A stretch of 63,749 nt of DNA, the filler included, from Intoshia linei (taxonomy: Eukaryota > Animalia > Orthonectida): assembly GCA_001642005.1 (NCBI GenBank). It is 8 parts of 8 records of this genome, joined end to end, with 100 filler letters (N's around TTAATTAATTAA, not from the genome) between each part and the next. Parts side by side here need not be neighbours in the genome. Positions count along the whole stretch, not along the records: positions 51,754 to 61,506 come from LWCA01001340.1; positions 61,607 to 63,749 come from LWCA01002392.1; 6 more parts are not named here. The stretch is one strand, 5' to 3'. The notes under the pieces were generated by a model. That model was given only the letters and a program-made list of their open reading frames with translations, had not been told where the DNA came from and did no database searches. This document shows, one piece after another, positions 52,003 through 63,749 of this stretch. The number at the start of each line of letters is the position of its first letter. The stretch's first letter is position 1. The position numbers and the translations under genes were made by a program.

Positions 52003-55000
52003 TTGAAAAGACGAGCATGACAAAGCAGTATAGCCATCCCGCATTTCCCAGATTTTATATTGTTTATCACTGCGTCGATATCGAATTCATAGTCTTGTTT
52101 AATCGGACGTTTCAAATCATTTATTAACAATACGGCTATCGCTATTTTACTGCCAATAGTTTCATATTCTTTTGGCTCCAATCTAGTGTCTAAAATATAT
52201 AATGTATATAAAATTTAATGAATCCAGATTAAATGCGGAAACGTCACATCTCATATTCAAAAAAAGTTTAGATAAATTTTCCCGGATATATAGTTTTATT
52301 TAAATTTAATTTCACTTCAAAAACATACAAATTTAGGGATATTACAAATTTTTAGGACGGACCTGTCAACTACCCTAAACATATAATATCTTATTCTTAT
52401 AGCTAAAATTTACATTTACATGTATTACATTAACTCTTTTAAAATGGTATTTAAATAATTTTTAGGTGTAAAACTTTACTTTTATTAGATTTTAATCTAT
52501 CAATAACTTGCCAAGTAATTTTTGATAAAATTGTTTCCAGTAAAACGTCTGATCCTTTTCTAGAGCTAAGCTTGTGAATTCTTCCAAACATAAGATGATC
52601 AAATGTTCTATACAGACAACTTTAAATTATAAAACCAAAGTCGTTACTACAAGTTTAATTATGAAAAAATTTGGTGAAATATTATAAAGTAGTATCTATC
52701 TATTATGATATAAACATACGAATAAAGGCAACCATCATTTTCGCTTTATTCGATATTTTTTCAGTCTCACACATATCATAAATATAATTCAAAAAACATT
52801 GTTGTATTATGAATACATCAAAAAACATCAAATTCATAAAAACAATTCTACAGTATGCTAAAACCATTTTACATAAATTTAAACCAATTTAATTGAATGA
52901 ATGAATGAATAATTAAATGAATAAATAATATTACTCTGTGGTAGGTTCAATTAAATTGATCAATTTTTTTAATTTGGTAAAGTGCTCATATTGTCCACTT
53001 TCTGTCTAAAATAAATTAATGTTTTCAGAAAATAAAATTTATTTAAATTAGATTAGGGTCGTCAAATTTTGTTCGCCCTGGAAGCCAACCAAAAATAATA
53101 ATTTTAAAATCTAAGTAAATAAATTAATTTCGAAAAAATAAGACAAAAAAAGAAAAAAACTTTGGTAAACGCTGGATTAAATAATTAATAAAATAAGAAA
53201 ATTTTTTTTAATATCTAGGGGTCCAAAATGTTCATCTGGCCTAGTTCAATGTTGAGTCTCGACACCCCTTTCTCCAAGTGATAATCAAAAATTATTGCCG
53301 GATTAGCTTAACACCGAGAATCACAGAATAATAGATCAGGACCAATTATGGCAAATCAGTTTTTAAAATACTAATAATTAGTAATTAGTAATTAATCATT
53401 ATGCTAAAAAATTATAGTACCACATAAACAAATTGATATGATTTGTATTTATCTTTTCGAGTAAAATATGCGGCCAAATCACTACATTTTTAATAAAATT
53501 TAAATAATATTGAATAATGTCTCGTTCAGTGATCACTACAGTTTGTAATATACATATCACGTGCATCTGAAATAATATATAATCCTCACTTATATAAAGT
53601 AAAAGTGCTAGAAATATGTCTGTGTGTAGCCATTAATTGAAAAAACTGACAGCTAAATAATTGCAAAAACAAAAATGCTAGTCATTTTTTTCCAACACAG
53701 AAAGTAAGATAAATTCAAAAATAATCACCTTCACGGCCAAAACTCTAAATTAACCATTTTTTTCTGACATAAATTTAAAAAATTAATAAAGCAAAACCGT
53801 ACTGAGCGAGACCCTACTCAATTGAGTTTACTGGTATAGTGTACAGTGTAAACTTTACACAATTATAGTTTGGTAATGATGTAAATTATTAAAAATTAGG
53901 TACCGCGCAATGTATAATGATGTACCATCCTTTCTTTTAAGTAAAATATTTTTATCTTCATTTTTAACATATGTACCATATCTAAGAATAGAATAAATAA
54001 TACATTAAAAATTAAAAATTACTCATTTTTTTTAGCAATACCTTTATCAAAAAGATAGTCGGTCATTATCTTTGATTCTTTATCGTAATTCGACTCGTAC
54101 TCTGAATCACAAAATTGTACGTCCAATAACTAGAGTATAATTTTTTTTAATTAGTGCATCACAATAAAAAATACAACTAAGAATAGTATCTCCAAAATTA
54201 AACATAATCTCACAACATATCCTATGTCTAAAACTCAAATTTGGAACAAGTGACCCCAAAATATTCTAAAATAAATTTTTTGTAATATTTCTTAATAAAA
54301 TATTGACGGGTTCCAATAACACTATGTATCCATATAAAACCAAGATATACCTTATATGTATTTTCATATTCTTGAATAGAAATATTTTTAAGTTTCTGCC
54401 ATATACTTGTCAATTTTAAATCACCTTACAATACAAAGTATACAAATATAAACAGTATAAATAAATAAATCAGCCATTTCATATAATTAATCTTTTTGAA
54501 ATAAGGTGTGGATCTCCATGGTATTGTATATTCATTCAACTTTACCATCAAACACATTTTTACAAAAAAAACCAAAAGTGGCGGAAAAAAACAAGTAATT
54601 ATAAATTTCATAATATGGACATTCATGATGTTAATACTTAAAATTTAGTGGGACTAAAATTTTGTGATATAAAAAAACAAGTACATTTTTTCTTGATATG
54701 ACCTAAGTACCTATGTCCCACAATAGCTGATATAAATTTCATTTAACATTCATTTACTAAACCTTGTTCCAATTTCATTATTGAATTTAATGCTTTTTGT
54801 TTAGTTTCAAGAGTGATATTGTTGGACTTTTCAGAGTATATACGATTCAAGGTACAAAGTATTTCATCGGCAGATTTTTCAAAAATTTTTTCATCCACAT
54901 TAGACAATAAAATACCTATAAAAATAAAAAATACATACCATTAAGACCGTTCATTTCATGTTATCGTTAATAATTTTAATTTTTTACCAAGTAATACTTT

Positions 55001-56671
55001 TTATTATTTAAATACCAAAAATTTAAAATAACTTGATCTACTCAGTACATTGTACTGGTTTTACTCCTGTATCGACGTATCATGGTTTAAATTTTAAAAT
55101 TTAAATTAAATACAAAGTAAATATTTGCATAAATTACCCATTTGCATTCCCCAGTCACCATAATAATTTAATCTAACTACATTATCATGTAAAAGTTCAT
55201 AAATATTTGCTAAAACGTGCCCTATCATAGTAGATCGAAAATGGCCATAATGAAATCGTTTTGCAATATTTGGTGAACTACAAATATATAAAATAAACAT
55301 GAAAATAAAAAAGTGTCAAAAATGACTTAACGGTCAATTTATTTTTTTGGCTTATACAAAAGTTCAAGAATTATTATTATCACACATATGAATTATTTAC
55401 TTATATAAAATTGAACTTACTTATATAATATGCTACGCAATATTTGTTTGTGTGTCTGTGTGTGTGTTCCCGTTTATTTCAATAACTACCAGTCTAAGAA
55501 TTTTATAAAATCTACATTTCAATTACAGTTTTTTCCGGGGGTGTTAGCAAAATAAATTTCAATCTCCCAAACTCACATCTTATTAAGCAAAAAACCCAAT
55601 TGTCCTTTTTTTGAAAATCAAACCAGTCGAGAGTTTAAAAAAATATATACTCTGATACGGATTTTAAAATCATAAATTTAAAAAAATTATATCTTGGGGG
55701 CCAAAACTCCAAATTACCCTTTTTTTAATGAAAACAACCCTATAATTTAAAAAAATTTCAATCTGAATAAATGACGAAAAATTTTTCGAGCGTGATGTTT
55801 TCTCGTAAATTTCGTCATCAGAAATGGAGTTCTTCATGGTCAAACACCCAAATGACTCTTCTTTTTTTTAATCATGCGCATTATTATACATTTCAAATTC
55901 AAAAACCTATATCTTCATGTCAAAAATCCGAAATTACCCCATATTTTAATAAAATAAAATTTAATTAAATGAGTTTAAAGTTAATAATTAATTATTTTGA
56001 TAAAACGAAAAAAAATTTTTGGAAAATTTCATTACATTAACATTCAATAATGATCATTATTGGACCTAAGCAATAGAAAAATAATTGTAATATAATTACC
56101 CTTCTAAACATAAATAAAACTCACCTGTATTCAATACAAACATTTTTATATTGGCGTGATTTATATACTCCGTTTACTAAAGAATAATTGTTTAATGGTG
56201 CATTAAATCCAAAATCTTCTTTATGTGTTATAATGGTTTCATAAACACTCTAATTTAAGCATTAAAAAATTTTATAAAAACTAAATTAACAATACATAAA
56301 ATAAATAAAATTACTTCAATAAACAATTTGTAATCTATTTGCATGAGAAATTCATTTCCAACCAAGTTTACATTATTTATATTATCATCAATCTCTATCT
56401 ATGAAAATTGATAATTCATGTAAAAGTTTTGTCTGGATGATGAAAAATTTATCCATGTTCATAATTACAATTTATAATTTAAAAAAATTACCATTTTTGC
56501 TATAGTATATTTATATTTATCAAATTCTTCTTTTTTTTTAAAAGTGGGGAAATAGTTAAATTTTTGTAATTTATCGATAGAAACACTCATGTTGTATTGT
56601 CTTGAAATATTTTTGGTTTTTCTAAATAAATCGTATAAGTTCCATTTAAGGGTATTTAGATATGACAACAT
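52003..56671 (-). CDS. RARS2: Mitochondrial arginyl-tRNA synthetase (multi-exon, 3' end cut by gap)
   Basis: [20 protein letters not shown]...[13 protein letters not shown]; [12 protein letters not shown]|DLAA; [20 protein letters not shown]; CHARLF. Confidence 0.9.
55418..55775 (+). mobile_element. Helitron family 5' fragment in a RARS2 intron
   Basis: TTATATAATATGCTACGC plus TG repeat plus AAATAACTACCAGTCT, shared with 17797. Confidence 0.7.
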
Positions 56672-58403
56672 AATTTATTTTGACCGGGATTATCTATTAT
56701 CGGATTAATTGGAAAAAAAACATTTACTGATCGTGTAACTTAAAAAGTTTTTCTTTATTTCTTAAATATAAGCTGTATAGCATTATCTAGTTATAAACTG
56801 CATATATTTATAATTTTGTTAAAAAATTCATTTTTTTTTAAATTTTAATAAACCAATTAATATTTATTCATTATAAATAAAGTTTAATAAGCTTTATTAT
56901 AATAATAACTACAGTTTAGTTATATAAATATTAACTTTTTGTAATTTGATATAAATTTTGTTGTAGCTGTAATGTGACTTGAATGATTGACAAAGCCTAT
57001 ATTCTGTAATCGTTCTACACAACTCAAAATCTAAATTTACATATACATTGAAGTATTAAACTAATAAACGTATAATATAAAAAAGTCCATAAAATTCCAA
57101 AATATTAAGACTCAGAATCCAAAACGTTTTTAAGATAGACAGCTAATTTCAGATAAAATTTATGATAAGGACGGATAGCGGTTTTCATGTTTGCATTTGA
57201 TAATCGCTTGACTAAAGCTTTATAGGTTGATTCTCAAAAAACATTAATAACTTATCTAATAAAATTAAACAATTTAACTCCGAATATATAATGAATAATT
57301 AGTATCATATCATCATAATATAAGTAACATACATTGTATATTATACACAGATATGTATATAATTCATGCATAATATATTCATCACATAGAATTATTGTTG
57401 AATTTAGATTTTATCAAACTAGGGTGGTTCCAGTTCTGACGATATATCAGATTTTTGTTGTTTATTGGTCTCAAGGTCCCTTAGAATAATTTTTTTCATT
57501 TACACCTTATATAATTTAAAAATTTGGCACAATGTTTTTAAATAATAATTATAATATAATTAATTAATATATTACTTAAGTCCGATAATTTAATTTAAAC
57601 TGTTGTTAAAGTCCGATAGCAAATTAATGTACATAAAACGTAAACAATGATAACAACCATAGTTCAATAAACGTAATTTGATGGGTCATAGCAAAATTTT
57701 TTAATTTCACACAATGTTAATATAAAAATTAAAATATTTTAGGGCACATTTGTCACGTCAGTAGGGGCTACCCTGCCCCCCCCCCNNNNNNNNNNNNNNN
57801 NCCCTGCCCCCCCCCCCCTTTGCATTCCACTTAGATCCGCTACTGCGTACATGTATTACTGAACCAATTTTTAAAAATCATTTATTATAAATATTACTCG
57901 GTATGCTGCAAGTTTTCTAAGATTCAGACTCATAATACTACAAAGTTGTGAAAGTTATACATTTAATTACAACTTAAGTTAAATTTTAACATTTAATATT
58001 TTTAATAAACATCAAATCTTTTTGTTAATTTAAACTTTTAAATTGTATTTATTTTCAATAAATATACTTTTAAATTTTTATGTGTCATTTTATGTTTTAA
58101 TTTTGGTTCTTTTCCAGTTTAACTTCAGCACAAAATTAATACATGCTTAACACACTGTTCATCAAAATTTGAACGATTTATTAACTAGTTTATTTTATAT
58201 GCGTTGTCGTCGGCGACAGAGCTAAACCTACTAAGCTCGAAGTCACCCGAAAATGAAAAATGGGCCCAAACATATTTTTAGATAATTTTTAACGATGCTT
58301 AGTGTGACACTTATAGTATCATATAGTCCTAGCCACGCCTCTAACGCTCTAGACTTGATATTTTCAATTTAGACAACAAAAACAAAAATTATGATATTCA
58401 AGA

Positions 58404-58753
58404 ACAGTGGTTCTCAACGGTGAGACAAGAGGTTCACAGTGGAGGAATTATTTTTCTAGGGAGGAAATTTGGATAGGTTAAGGGACGAAATTTGTAAAAA
58501 GGCGACAATTTGGGGGAAAAAATTATTTTAGTTTAATTGTGTAGTGTGATGTACAATGTACATTTATTATCGAAATCTTGATTCATATGCAAGTAAAAAG
58601 TAAAATATTTAACTTTAAAATAGGATTAGTGTCTGTAAAATGGATAATTTACAGATATGCACAAAATTACGACATATAGTATAAGTTAAAATTTAATCAT
58701 AAATAAAGTAATGATTGAGGGAGGAATTATCAAAAAAGGGTTGAGAACCACTT
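58404..58753. mobile_element. hAT-family MITE nested in another MITE
   Basis: CAGTGGTTCTCAAC / GTTGAGAACCACTT ends; near-perfect 8-bp TSD TTCAAGAA/TCCAAGAA. Confidence 0.75.
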
Positions 58754-58983
58754 TCCAAGAATATAATTTTTTATTTTATTTCATTTATTATATTATATTA
58801 TTATATTTATTATTATTATATTTTTATTTTAATTTTAAAATAATGGGCCAAAGAGGGGTTTCGGTACGGTAGGTTTGGCACCGAGTTCAAGTATGAATTT
58901 CATGCAATCAGCATACAATGTTCTTTTATTTGCAAATATCATGCCAATATTTTTTGTAAAAAAATTTATAAAAACCACATCTA

Positions 58984-60743
58984 CAGTATTGGAAAAATTA
59001 TTAGAAAGTATTTATAAATTTTATTAAATCGTTCAGCATAGTAAGACTTTAAATAAATATATAATGAAATGAAATTATCAGTTAATATCAGTTAAAAGTA
59101 TAAAATTAATATTAAACACATTCTCTAGTCGCACATATACCTGCGCATTAACGTGTCAACATCGTATTGTTAATACATTTTTTAATGCGCAATTTTCTCT
59201 TTGTTATATTTTATAAGTACTTAAATGACAGGGCGGATTTAAGGGGTGCAGAAAATGCAGTTGCACCCCCTAAATTTTTAAGAAAAAATTTTAATTAATG
59301 TTTTGTAAAATAACTGAAAAAGGTTTTAATTTATTAAAACAATATATATGGCGCATAACATTACATGTCATTACATGACCAATTGATCATGTGACTTGAG
59401 GCCTTTTATGGTTTCAAGAAATTGAATAATAGGTCTTTCAAAATAGATTGGCTTGATAAATATTCATGGCTGTACTACTTTGAAATAAATAATGGAGGTA
59501 AATTATGCAAATATTGCATTTTATTTTCAAATTTTTTAAGATCAACAATGACTGGTAATCATCTATGTAGACTGGCCCTCATAAATTGTCACTATGACTA
59601 TAATTTTTATATTGAAAGTTTGGTTAATAAATTTGCAATACTTCATCCAAGAAAACTGGACCTAATTGATTTAGGATTATTTAATGAACTAAATTAATTC
59701 CTTTTTTTTTGTGCTAATCATTTTTTTTTATTTTTTTGAAAAAATACAAATTTGGAAACTATTGTATAACAACCTTTAAATGAAATTAAAAGAGACGCTT
59801 TAAAATCAAACTAGACGCCTTGATATTAAAGGAGACGCCTCTAAAAAATTTTTTCGCCTTTGGCGAAGTTAAATATATTGCTCGCTTATATCGCACCCCA
59901 TTAACTAGCCTCTTGGATCCCCCTGAATGACCTATATTAACAATTAACTAGTGAATTATTAATTAAATATTACTCAATGAGTAATACTTATAACGGCATA
60001 CGATAATTTTATTATCAAAAAAAATAATATTTACAATGGGTCAAAAATCAAATATATTACTGGAAACAAAATCTAAAGTAATTGCTATGCTTGAGCACTC
60101 CTCGAAATCTCAAATGGAAATTGCAAAAATTTGTAATATTTCGGAATCAACAGTATTAAAAATTAAAAAAAATTCTAAAAATTCCAATTTTAAATCAAAC
60201 AGAACAAATGTATGCGGGCGTAAAAGGGTAGCAACGGAAAGAATAGTTCGAAATATAGTCTTTAAAAAATCGATCTATGACTAGCGGGGAGATAGCCTGC
60301 AATTTGCACAGTGAATGCAAAACATTATGTAGAAAAACAGTTAACAATAGATTCATTGAGGCAGGTTTAAGATCTTTTTTTGATTCAACAATGGAAAGTA
60401 TTACCCTGGTCCAGTAATTCTGCAGATATGAATCCCATTGAAAACGTTTGGAACGTATTGAAGGATGAAGTACATCAAGTTCATATTTCGTTAAAAAAAA
60501 AATTAATTGACCGGACAATATGGGTTTGGAATAATTCGGACAAAATTCAATTATTATGCAAAAACTTAATAATTCAAATGTCTAGACGAATTCTTGATTA
60601 CATTGGCGGAAAAGGTGGAATTACAAAATACAAAGTACTAATGTTATTTTTGGTATTATATTTTAATTTATCTGTAATTTTTATTATTTTAAATACTAAT
60701 AATTAATATTTTATGAGAATTTCTAATAATGTTTCCAATATTG
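58984..60743 (+). mobile_element. Tc1-like transposon, internally deleted, with nested hAT
   Basis: TA-flanked TIRs CAGTATTGGAAAAATTATTAGAAA / TTTCTAATAATGTTTCCAATATTG; transposase remnants HTH...GRKR (60036-60284) and WSSNSADMNPIENVW (60380-60640). Confidence 0.85.
59229..59925 (+). mobile_element. Internally deleted hAT (ZMYM1/TTF-zinc-finger type) element
   Basis: CAGGGCGGAT / ATCCCCCTG ends; ORF RSFKIDWLDKYSWLYY...LCKYCILF fused to C-terminal VNKFAILHPRKL. Confidence 0.65.
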
Positions 60744-61339
60744 TATTACAATAATTAAAAAAAATTGTTTTTTCTTTTAAAATTTATTTCATAAAAACTA
60801 CATCAGTAGTTCCCGATTGGGGTTCAAATCTATATGTCTGGGTGCGTGAATTTCAAATAAAATATTGAAAAATTTTTATCAACTTTTATTTAATTTATGG
60901 ATTTAAGAATTTTTAATATTTATTACAGAGTTAGCAAATTTAGGGATTTATTCCAAAGATTTATGTAAAAACGGTACAACTTAAATAATTATAATTACAT
61001 AGCCATGAAAATACAATTGTATTGTTAGAATCTAACAATTGTGTTAAATTAACACAAGTCGAACTTAATATACACTATAAAAGTAACTGAATGAGTGAAT
61101 TATAATTATAATATCACTTATAAGCAGTGGTAATCAATAAATTTATTGCAATAATGTATTTTTAATAAAAAATATATTGGAGCAATAATTTAAAATATTT
61201 CAACAAAGTTATTATTAAAGTTTTATTAGTTAACTAATAAAAAAGATCACTAAACTTACTTATATACTAAACTTAAAAATATATTATCACTCAAAAATGT
61301 ACTTTCAATGAAATTTTTTGAAGCCTATGTTAACTTGAA

Positions 61340-61506
61340 CAAAGACCCAACGTATGAAAATATGTGGGTTTGTTAAGCTGTGTAAAAAAATGCGCAAAAA
61401 AAACCTAGTGCCGGATACAGTAATTTAGAATCTCATTTGAGCGTTTCATATTCGAATTACAAAAAATTAGCTCTAGAAATGAATTCAGAAAGTATATTAA
61501 AATACG
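61340..61506 (+). pseudogene. BED-type zinc finger remnant of a transposase
   Basis: Frameshifted WVC/KLCKKMRKK/KPSAGYSNLESHLSVS. Confidence 0.4.
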
Positions 61507-61606
61507 NNNNNNNNNNNNNNNNNNNNNNNNNNNNNNNNNNNNNNNNNNNNTTAATTAATTAANNNNNNNNNNNNNNNNNNNNNNNNNNNNNNNNNNNNNN
61601 NNNNNN

Positions 61607-62322
61607 AATATTAAATTTCTTAAACTTATCTCTCCAGGGAAAAGGCTTACAGTAATTGATGACATGAGCATAGTTTTTACAACAGAAAGTCCTTTGAATA
61701 AAGCAATTAAACAACATCTTCTTTCTCTTAAAAATGAAATCATTCACTACTTCCCAACTCTTAATTATACAGATGTATATGATTCTTTTATAAGAGATCT
61801 ATTTATATTTGATTTTGAACAGTTATTAGTGAAGGAATTAGTATTCCAGGAAGAATTCATAGAATTAATTAATGATGGCTCTGCCAAAATAACATTTTCT
61901 AAAAGTACGATAACTGAATTTTGGATAGCTATGGCACAATCATATCCAAAGGTTTCTAAAATGATTCTCAAAATACTTATGCCGTTTCCAACAACCTATG
62001 AATGTGAAAAGGCATTTTCAACACTCGTACAAATAAAAACAGAATCTAGAAACAGACTATATGTCAGTGATGATTTGAGATGTGCTTTATCTAAAACAGA
62101 ACCAAGAAAAGTTGAATTCTCAAAAATTAAACAGAAACATCCTTCACATTAGTTTAATAAAATCTAATTTGAATTAATAATGTTTGTGGGAGCTACGGCT
62201 CAGAATATATAATAAAACATTTCTTAAAAATTAAGTTATTATATTAATTAAATTATGTTTTATTTGGGGGTCCGCGAGCAAAATTAAAATTAAAAATGGA
62301 CCTAAAAGTTTGAGAACCCCTG
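61607..62322 (+). mobile_element. hAT Buster/Charlie-type transposase 3' part with right TIR
   Basis: hAT dimerisation region FWIAM...YPKVSKM...PFPTTYECEKAFS...KTESRNRL...DLRCALSKTEP...HPSH*; terminal TTTGAGAACCCCTG at 62309-62322. Confidence 0.85.
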
Positions 62323-62861
62323 CATTAGCGTAATTAGTATCACATCTCAAAATGGTCTACATAACCTATAATTTTTAAAATCAATTTAAATGATAATAAT
62401 TTTAAATGACGATAAATTAAGTTGTCTGTTAATTTAAAAATTTTCACAATTAACAATTTTTTAAAATGTTTCTTATCTCAATTGATTTGTTGTTTATAGC
62501 AATTGATTTAGCAATTAAAGTTTAATTTTAAGTATAGAAACTATCAGTAAATAAATAAATTTAACATTAAATTTAGAAAATTTGCAATGATTCTAAATGT
62601 CAATTAATTTCGTCATATTTTAGCAATTCAATTAAAATAGTTTAATTATACTATTTTTAGTTTTTAATTTTACAATTAATTTGTACAGAATTTAATACAA
62701 TTTTCTTTAACAATTTATAATATTATCCTTATTTATATCTTTATTAAATTTATAATAATATATATATAATAATATAATTATAATAGAATTTCTCCAGAAA
62801 GGTCCGTAATATTCATTCTCATGACTGGAAATGACAGCTTAAACCATATATATATATATTA

Positions 62862-63135
62862 TACACACATTCTGTCTAATAAATTAAAAAATGGGATAAC
62901 AATTGTTTTTAAAATTTTTTACGCAAATGTTAACAAACAAAAAATTAAGATAAAATAATTCACTTTAAAGTAAAAAGTAATGTGATATAATGGTTTCATC
63001 TGAAACTAATTTGGGAACCACTCATTTAAAGGATTAATAGTAGTGAATAGTAAGATTTTTAAGTTAGATTTTCAACATGAATTTATTTTTTTGGTTAAAT
63101 AAAAATTTTCCCCCAGCAGAGCTCGGTGAACCTAG
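62862..63135 (+). mobile_element. Helitron family 3' fragment
   Basis: Matches 18875-19140 and ends CCTAG|T. Confidence 0.65.
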
Positions 63136-63474
63136 TTTAGTATAATTATAATAACCAGTATTTAAGTGTTAAAATGGAAGATAACGGTGATAATAGTGTA
63201 TCAAATGCAATTGCAATTGATTATCTACGTATCAACTATCGTAATGTAAATTAATTCAAAATAAATCGCTAACTTAAAATAAAATATCGTTAATTTTATT
63301 TACAGTGCGCGACAGCTATTATGCTCGGAAAATATTTGTAATTTATCAAATGAATTTAAAATTTCCACCCGTTAATGTGTTGGTATTATGTAAATACAAA
63401 CAGCTCTGTAGTGATATATCGCTATCATACTAATCGAGATTCGAATATATACTTTTGATATAACTCACTTGTGA

Positions 63475-63548
63475 TGTCTAACTGGCAGAGTGGTTATAGT
63501 CATATAATTGTATACTGTGTGGCTAGGCTCGAATCAAGATTTGGACAT
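63475..63548 (+). other. tRNA-like pseudogene or SINE head
   Basis: A-box TGGCAGAGTGG, B-box-like GGCTCGAATC, closing stem ATGTCTAA/TTGGACAT; the arms pair poorly. Confidence 0.4.
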
Positions 63549-63749
63549 TTTTTAATTTAAGATGAACTTATCTGCCAATCGTTACAAGGATAAATAGTGA
63601 TTACCTAACAGTTAGGCTCATTAGCAGAGTCGACAAATGCAATTTTTTATGGCACTAAAAAATTTCTAGCCCTAAAGTTACTAAACAACAATAAGACAAC
63701 AATTGATGCAAAGTTCATTAAATTTATTTGAATTGAAAATAAAAGTCAT

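Overview
This is very AT-rich eukaryotic (animal-type) genomic DNA in the standard genetic code. It has many tiny (~33-40 nt) GT-AG introns and eight N-gaps, seven carrying an artificial TTAATTAATTAA linker. The composition and intron size suggest a reduced parasite genome such as the orthonectid Intoshia (inference only). The first ~19.4 kb is one giant gene that the ORF track largely misses: at least 36 small exons (~1,190 aa visible). Almost every exon encodes one divergent CxxC/furin-like cysteine repeat in symmetric phase 1-1, followed by a Ly6/uPAR (three-finger)-like domain, with decayed pseudo-exons between live ones. It resembles a VSP/i-antigen-like modular surface protein. After it come a TRPA1-like ankyrin-repeat gene fragment (-), the C-terminal half of CFAP54 (+), a very compact LRRC61(+)/MRPS28(-)/EFL1(+) cluster, a PDK1 kinase 5' part (+) and mitochondrial ArgRS RARS2 (-). 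Introns and intergenic DNA hold a non-autonomous Helitron family, hAT and Tc1/mariner-type MITEs, and dead hATm, Chapaev-like, Tc1 and Buster-type transposases. A dense hairpin cluster upstream of PDK1 is a candidate structured RNA. Most genes are cut by assembly gaps. All homology calls are motif recognition by eye, not database searches.
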